Source of the DNA: Candidatus Bathyarchaeia archaeon
GTDB taxonomy: Archaea > Thermoproteota > Bathyarchaeia > Bathyarchaeales > Bathycorpusculaceae
Length of the DNA: 64,000 bases
Direction: 5' to 3'
Assembly (NCBI GenBank): GCA_049515895.1
Contig: JBEKTQ010000010.1
Coordinates: 32,001 to 96,000 of the forward strand
A program made the translations under genes and the position numbers. Every line of letters begins with the position of its first letter. The stretch's first letter is position 1. The notes under the pieces were generated by a model. The model did no database searches. It was not told where the DNA came from and worked only from the letters and a program-made list of their open reading frames with translations. Of this stretch, positions 58,987-64,000 are shown piece by piece.

Positions 58987-59424
58987 TTATGGTCCAGTGT
59001 ATGATGCTGAAGTTGTGAGACTGTTGCCTTTAGCAGTTTGCAGTTTTATTGTGTACTGTGCACTGTTTGCAAATGGGTAAGCATTGACTGTGATGGTGAC
59101 ATCTACTGAAGAACCCTTAGCAATTACTGCTGGAGTTGGTGAGTTTATAGTTGCGGTTTTTCCATCTATGGTTGCTAAGTTTATGGTCACTGAAGCGGAA
59201 CCTGTGTTTTGAACTGTAATGACAGCCTGACCATCACCACTAACGTTGGATAATACGACGTTTGTTATTGACGCTTGTTCCGAGTTTCCCATGAATCCTA
59301 TGGTTAGTGCTCCCATCCATGCTGCTACGACGACGCTGACTGCGACGGTGACGGCGATGAGTATGATTGTTGCGATTACGGGGCTTAGTGCTTTTGCATT
59401 TTTCCTAAATTTTCTGAAATTCAA
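58987..59424 (-). CDS. Archaeal type IV pilin (class III signal peptide)
   Basis: Basic leader RKFRKNAKA, then LSPVIATIILIAVTVAVSVVV; Ig-like VQNTGS domain. Confidence 0.9.
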   Translation of the reverse strand: MNFRKFRKNAKALSPVIATIILIAVTVAVSVVVAAWMGALTIGFMGNSEQASITNVVLSNVSGDGQAVITVQNTGSASVTINLATIDGKTATINSPTPAVIAKGSSVDVTITVNAYPFANSAQYTIKLQTAKGNSLTTSASYTGP

Positions 59425-59637
59425 TTTGTTTCTTTACCCTCCTTTGGGTTGCTGAATATACGTTCCACTTTAAGAGTTAATAAATATTATGACTTAATAC
59501 ACCATATTAAAGAAGTGTAAAACAAAACTACAGCAAGCAACCAAATCCTAAAACTCTAGCTAATCCCCGGACCTGCCGCTAACAATGAGCCCCTAAAAAA
59601 GATTAAGAGCAAAACAAAAAACTTTAGGAATACGCAA

Positions 59638-59970
59638 TTAAGCTTCGAGTTCACCGAAGAATCCGAGAAGCATCTTAGCAACTTTTTCGCCGAGTTCAGT
59701 CTTCAAGTAGAACTTTTTGAGCGGATCAATGCGTTCGCTCTTAGCTAAACCAAGCGATTCAATCTCGATCATTCTTGCCCTAAACGTACCGTCACTTAGC
59801 GTCAGGTTGTTTGTGTGCATAAAGTCTTTGGCTTCCTTCCATTTGCCGCGGCTGGCGTAAAGCAGCAGCAGGCAGTCGATTGCGTGGTCTTTTTCAAGCA
59901 TGGCTTTGATTGCAGACAGTTTAGGGTCAGTCAGAATGTGCTTAATCTTCTCGTCCTCATTTTTCGCCAT
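59638..59970 (-). CDS. Winged-HTH protein
   Basis: LSDGTFRARMIEIESLGLA...YLKTELGEKVA wing pattern. Confidence 0.7.
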   Translation of the reverse strand: MAKNEDEKIKHILTDPKLSAIKAMLEKDHAIDCLLLLYASRGKWKEAKDFMHTNNLTLSDGTFRARMIEIESLGLAKSERIDPLKKFYLKTELGEKVAKMLLGFFGELEA

Positions 59971-60303
59971 TTTTTAAACACCTTTTCTCCTTTCATTTGT
60001 TGTTAAACCAAAAGTTAGCGTCTTTCGCTTTTAAACCATATTGCGAATCATGAAACATATCTGCAGACGCCTTCCTTCCGAAATCAACTATAACAAGCAA
60101 CTTGCTTATAAATTGTTACCGAGCAAGCTAGAAATGATTAATGTTAAACATTCATTCATTAAATGGAATTGAAATCAATAAAGCTTCGAAGTTTTTTGAA
60201 GATTAGTGGCTGGCCGGCTTGGGTTTTTTGATGTTTATGTGGGTGGACTGGTGACTTGTGAGCGTTAAACTTAACTAAGGAAACCTGCAAATCATCACTT
60301 ATT

Positions 60304-60912
60304 ATGAGGTGTGGAGAAGTGGTTTCCGAAACTGAATATGAAGTTCCAACTTGGAATCAGATATACGACATGTTGCTGAACCAAGCCGGGAAAATCCGAG
60401 GCGATGGCTACGCACCCGACATCATCGTGGGAATTGCGCGGGGTGGATTGGTGCCTTCACGCATTTTGGCGGATCTTCTGGAGACGCGGGACTTCGCAAT
60501 AATCACGATAGAATATTACTTTGGCATCGCCCAGAGGCAACGAGAGCCCATATTGAAACAGTGCCTCCACACCCAGCTAACGGGCAAAAAGGTTTTGTTG
60601 GTTGATGATGTTTCCGACGGCGGCAGAAGCCTGCAGCTTGCCAAGAAGCATCTGGAGGAGCAGTGCGCCAAAGAAATCAAGATTGCCACGATCTACTGCA
60701 AACCCGGCACCGTAACGACGCCTGATTATTTCGAAAAGGAGACAAGCCACTGGATTGTTTTTCCCTGGGAAGCCAGAGAAACCTTGACGAAGATAGGGCG
60801 CAGAGTTGACGACAAACGCGCGATGGGCCAGGAAGTTTCAAATCTTGTGAGGGCAGGCTTTCCCAAGCAGTTGGCTGAGAAACTGCTTAGTGATGGCGGT
60901 CAGAACCCGTAA
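60304..60912 (+). CDS. Purine phosphoribosyltransferase (HPRT/XGPRT-like)
   Basis: IVGIARGGL, VLLVDDVSDGGRSL, WIVFPWE. Confidence 0.9.
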   Translation: MRCGEVVSETEYEVPTWNQIYDMLLNQAGKIRGDGYAPDIIVGIARGGLVPSRILADLLETRDFAIITIEYYFGIAQRQREPILKQCLHTQLTGKKVLLVDDVSDGGRSLQLAKKHLEEQCAKEIKIATIYCKPGTVTTPDYFEKETSHWIVFPWEARETLTKIGRRVDDKRAMGQEVSNLVRAGFPKQLAEKLLSDGGQNP

Positions 60913-61478
60913 TGCTGCATTATTTTGAAGAGTTCGGCGTGTACTGTGAGGTAACGGGGTTTAAGGGGGTAAGGTTTTCTGACGCAGAAGGTTTCCTGAA
61001 AGAGAGCCGAAAGAGAACTCGTTTAAAAGTTGAGATGCAGTTTTTCGATGCAAATGTAATTGCTTCCTATCGGCATCTTTACTTCGCTGTTCTTAACGCG
61101 TTGCAAGCCTTCCAGAACAAAACAAACCTTTCGAGAAGTTTAGCCGTCGAAACGATGCTTTATGCTTCTGCGCAGCGGCAGATACAAAAAGCGATCCAAC
61201 GCTGCGGTATCAAGCCTCAAACCGCAAACATGGCAACCACAATAATCGGCGAAAAACCCGGTGAAATCCGCGCCATGGTCGGAGAAATCAAGGCATGCGT
61301 TGGAGCGGAACCTGATGAAACCGTGCTGGAAATGACCGAGGTTAAGCTTGAGAGAATTAAGGTAGTCTTTCAGATTAAAGCTGAAGAGATTAAGTCTGTA
61401 ATGAAGGATGAATGCCAAACCGATGCCGTTGTCAACCTTGTCGTTGAGCGTGTAGCCTTGCTTGCGACTCAGCTTTGA
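60912..61478 (+). CDS. cgi121: KEOPS complex subunit Cgi121
   Basis: QFFDA..IAS..HL..A, ETMLYASAQRQIQKAI...G. Confidence 0.9.
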   Translation: MLHYFEEFGVYCEVTGFKGVRFSDAEGFLKESRKRTRLKVEMQFFDANVIASYRHLYFAVLNALQAFQNKTNLSRSLAVETMLYASAQRQIQKAIQRCGIKPQTANMATTIIGEKPGEIRAMVGEIKACVGAEPDETVLEMTEVKLERIKVVFQIKAEEIKSVMKDECQTDAVVNLVVERVALLATQL

Positions 61479-61480
61479 GT

Positions 61481-62038
61481 CTACAGCATTTTCTCTTTCA
61501 TAACAGACAGGATCTCGCTGGGTTTAAGCAGAGAGATGCCTGTTAACGCTCCAAGAACCTCGATAAGCAAGATTCGATCTGGGTTATCCATGTCTGCTTT
61601 GCGTTTGATGTCAGAAGCGGCTGCCTCGATGATGTCTTTGGAGTGCAGCGTAGTGAAGCGTTTCTCAACCGTGACTCGGAAGGACTCCTGCTCGCCGATT
61701 CTGGCGGCTAATTCTTGGGTTACCCGCTTAATTTCCTCTAAGTCAGTAGGAATAACCCGTTCGATGGGCATGATTCTTAGGGCGTACCGGAATTCGTAAG
61801 GGCGCTCCCTTAGGATAACTCGCAGTTTCTCTATGGCGTCGAATGGGTCCAGCGTGGTTTTGGCTACGATTAAACCTTTGATTTTGGTTTTGCTTGTCTG
61901 TGGTTCTAGGTCGCCTAACTCTTCTTTGAGCAAATAGAACAGCTCGTTGCACATCGGACGCTCGTTGCCCCGTGAAGTCGTCGCAACAATGTTGAAGTCG
62001 CTGATCATAACATTTCTCTCAGAAGTGAAAATGTACAT
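61481..62038 (-). CDS. THUMP-domain RNA-binding protein
   Basis: LRIMPIE, SFRVTVEKR, DMDNPD..LLIEVLG; probable ATG at 62008. Confidence 0.88.
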   Translation of the reverse strand: MYIFTSERNVMISDFNIVATTSRGNERPMCNELFYLLKEELGDLEPQTSKTKIKGLIVAKTTLDPFDAIEKLRVILRERPYEFRYALRIMPIERVIPTDLEEIKRVTQELAARIGEQESFRVTVEKRFTTLHSKDIIEAAASDIKRKADMDNPDRILLIEVLGALTGISLLKPSEILSVMKEKML

Positions 62039-62271
62039 AGGCTATTTTTGCCTTTAGTTTCACGCTACTTTTGGCTTAGGGGCGTTTGTGTTTGCTTGTA
62101 CAGCCTAACCCCCGGGTCCACTAGATGCTTCTATTAGGCTTCAAATATGAAACGATCTTGTTCGGTTGGAGCTGGTGTCTGCACTTTCACGTTTAATAAT
62201 TTTTTTCAACGTGGTGTCAGGATTAAACATTTAAAAACTCGGATTTCACTGATTAGCAAACATAAACGTGC

Positions 62272-62348
62272 GCCTCGATGGCTCAGCCTGGTAGAGCGGC
62301 TGCCTCGTAAGCAGCAGGCCGCGGGACCGAAGCCCGCTCGAGGCTCCA
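62272..62348 (+). tRNA. tRNA-Thr(CGT), intronless, CCA encoded, atypical T-loop
   Basis: Acceptor GCCTCGA/TCGAGGC, D stem GCTC/GAGC, anticodon stem GCTGC/GCAGC with CGT at 62306-08, T stem GCGGG/CCCGC, U73 plus CCA. Confidence 0.93.
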
Positions 62349-62623
62349 CACCTTTTTTCAGCAATAATAGCAGTTCTTTCTCAATCAATCCTGTCCAATA
62401 TTGGATGATTACTAGTAGTCTTCCTTTTCTGAAGGATTATGCCACGGAAGGGTAAAACGAGGACTTTGATTATTTTGCGCCACAAATAAAGCTCTGTTAG
62501 AAATAAAAAAAGAGAGGAGCCAAATTCCTATTTAGGCGGGCACGGAATTGGCTTATTGATTTTGTGTCATAACTACTTCGCTCTTTTTGTTCACCTCCTT
62601 TTGTTTTGCTCTGAGGCAGTGGG

Positions 62624-62737
62624 TTAGGTTGGGTTACCTTTGATGAATTTTCGGTATTTCATATTATAGTATGCGAAGGCCGCAGTTAACGAGCTTAAGC
62701 ATAGCACAAACATGGGTGAACTTGTCTCCGCTATCAT
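62624..62737 (-). CDS. Putative 37-aa single-TM micropeptide
   Basis: AGGTGA SD 6 nt upstream; MIAETSSPMFVLCLSSLTAAFAYYNMKYRKFIKGNPT. Confidence 0.4.
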   Translation of the reverse strand: MIAETSSPMFVLCLSSLTAAFAYYNMKYRKFIKGNPT

Positions 62738-62747
62738 TCTTTCTCAC

Positions 62748-62837
62748 CTATACATGAGGGAAGTACAGGGTTTCTTCTTTTGGAGCTGTCTTGTTTGGGG
62801 ATTTTTTTTCCATTTTTTCACCATCGTTTTCTGACAT
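62748..62837 (-). CDS. Putative 29-aa (or 21-aa) micropeptide
   Basis: MSENDGEKMEKKSPNKTAPKEETLYFPHV; TTATATTA box about 20 nt before the first ATG, GGTGA before the second ATG (62813). Confidence 0.35.
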   Translation of the reverse strand: MSENDGEKMEKKSPNKTAPKEETLYFPHV

Positions 62838-63115
62838 TTACGGGTCGATAAATAATATAAGGCTGTTTGAGATTTGTTCATAATTATTGTGAAAAGTTGC
62901 ATAAATAACATAATTGTAATTGTATGCGCTGTGACAACGTTTGGTAATTGCATGAAAAGATTTACATTTGTGGAATTAGGGTGGCGCATGACTCTCTTCG
63001 GTCCCTATTGTTAGTGTATCTGTGTTGTGCTGTTAGGCTAGGCATCGCACTGTGAAGTAAGCTTTATTAAATGTTACTATACTCGATGTTAAATTGAACG
63101 TGGGAGGCGAATGAC

Positions 63116-63448
63116 GTGCAGCTTTTCCATGGGCATGAACAAAAACTAAAATGCCCTTACAAAGGATGCGAAAAAGTATTCGACAAGCCAAGCGTCATTA
63201 CGGACAACAGTACCATCCCGAGGCAAACCCATTTCGCCTGCCCCTACTGTATGTCCAAGCTCAAACTAATCACTGAAAAAAATCGGGTTCTCGAGGTTAG
63301 GCCGACCGAGTACCCCACAGTCTTCGACAGCCCAGCTAAGTGCGCCCGGTACAGCAGCCTACTCCACGCGCCTGGAGAAAGCATGCTTTCACAAGAGGAA
63401 TGCCTAGTCTGCCCCAAAGTGCTCCAATGCAACATACGCAAAAAATAG
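63116..63448 (+). CDS. Cys-rich Zn-finger hypothetical protein
   Basis: CPYKGC...CPYC and C...CLVCPKVLQC. Confidence 0.7.
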   Translation: MQLFHGHEQKLKCPYKGCEKVFDKPSVITDNSTIPRQTHFACPYCMSKLKLITEKNRVLEVRPTEYPTVFDSPAKCARYSSLLHAPGESMLSQEECLVCPKVLQCNIRKK

Positions 63449-63452
63449 TTAG

Positions 63453-63989
63453 TTATAATCTAAAGTTAAATGAGCCTGAAGACGATTGCTTTTCGGTAAC
63501 TTCCACGTGCTCTATTACGATCACTGCTCCAATAACTACCCTATGATCAACTTCGCCCGTTATCGACACGCCTAATTGGTCTCTCACTGTTACCCATTTC
63601 TTGTGGACAGTGGCGACTGATTGCCCCGAGACCTCTATTTGGTATTCGTGTTCGGTGAAGTCTCCGTAGATGCGCATGAACTCGGCGCCGTCTTTTTCCA
63701 CCCAGAACTCTTCGCCGACCAGTTTGGCTATCTTTCTCTTTATTGTTCCCAGCTCTTCCCCCGATGAGCCATAGAGAGAGAATTCTTTGCGCAGGGACAG
63801 GGTTTTGCCTTGCAGGTGCATGAGTTCTATGCCGTGGGTGTCTCTGACTTGGAATTTGGGCGGAACTTGGATGAGGTTGCCGTCGGCTTCGGCTAGCTTG
63901 TTGCCTTTAAGGTCTAAGAAATCGTAGTGTTCGTGGGCTGAGAGGATTTTTTTCTGCAATATGAAATCGTTTGCTTCAAGCAGACTCAT
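63453..63989 (-). CDS. LURP-one / tubby-C-like (scramblase-like) protein
   Basis: Repeated KKILS..E.Y...D..G pattern, GDFTEHEYQI, VATVHKKWVTVRD. Confidence 0.85.
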   Translation of the reverse strand: MSLLEANDFILQKKILSAHEHYDFLDLKGNKLAEADGNLIQVPPKFQVRDTHGIELMHLQGKTLSLRKEFSLYGSSGEELGTIKRKIAKLVGEEFWVEKDGAEFMRIYGDFTEHEYQIEVSGQSVATVHKKWVTVRDQLGVSITGEVDHRVVIGAVIVIEHVEVTEKQSSSGSFNFRL

Positions 63990-64000
63990 AACAGTTCACT

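Noticed and set aside
60160-60180. ATTGAAAT resembling a CRISPR repeat end
   Set aside because: No repeat-spacer periodicity and no cas genes in the window
1273-61952. Numerous antisense or nested 60-155 aa track ORFs
   Set aside because: Shadow frames of well-supported genes with no motifs of their own
62070-62145. AGCCTAA/TTAGGCT stem upstream of the THUMP gene
   Set aside because: A 7-bp stem with no K-turn or known riboswitch motif
62147-62989. Track ORFs 62147-62455, 62206-62388 and 62744-62989
   Set aside because: They overlap the tRNA or lack SD and coding-like composition; shorter SD-bearing frames fit better
62349-64000. Integrated element downstream of tRNA-Thr
   Set aside because: No integrase and no duplicated tRNA 3' end within the window

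Overview
Archaeal chromosomal segment, most likely from Bathyarchaeia (TACK); this is inferred from gene content: H4MPT-linked Mtd enzymes, SMC-ScpAB, Alba, archaeal ribosomal proteins and a type IV pilin. It is mostly housekeeping: a complete DAP-aminotransferase lysine operon (dapA-dapB-lysC-asd-lysA-dapF-dapL), translation and transcription genes, smc-scpA-scpB, the eno-rps2-MEMO1-mvk superoperon carrying the lower archaeal (anhydromevalonate phosphate) mevalonate pathway, aIF5B, topoisomerase VI, ABCE1, tRNA-modification genes and tRNA-Thr(CGT). I found no CRISPR array, integrase or transposase. The most notable observations are: (1) F420-dependent Mtd next to an NAD(P)-type MtdA/B homologue fused to a TraB/Tiki-like domain; (2) a pilin + coiled-coil + Roadblock/DPBB + Roadblock cluster; (3) a Zn-ribbon insertion in Top6B; (4) a 22-aa acidic/Trp micropeptide with its own promoter and Shine-Dalgarno (SD) site; (5) a box C/D sRNA; (6) a tRNA with a non-canonical T-loop; (7) a ubiquitin-like SAMP gene lacking a canonical start codon; (8) a long orphan hairpin. 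All product calls come from manual motif recognition; no searches were run.
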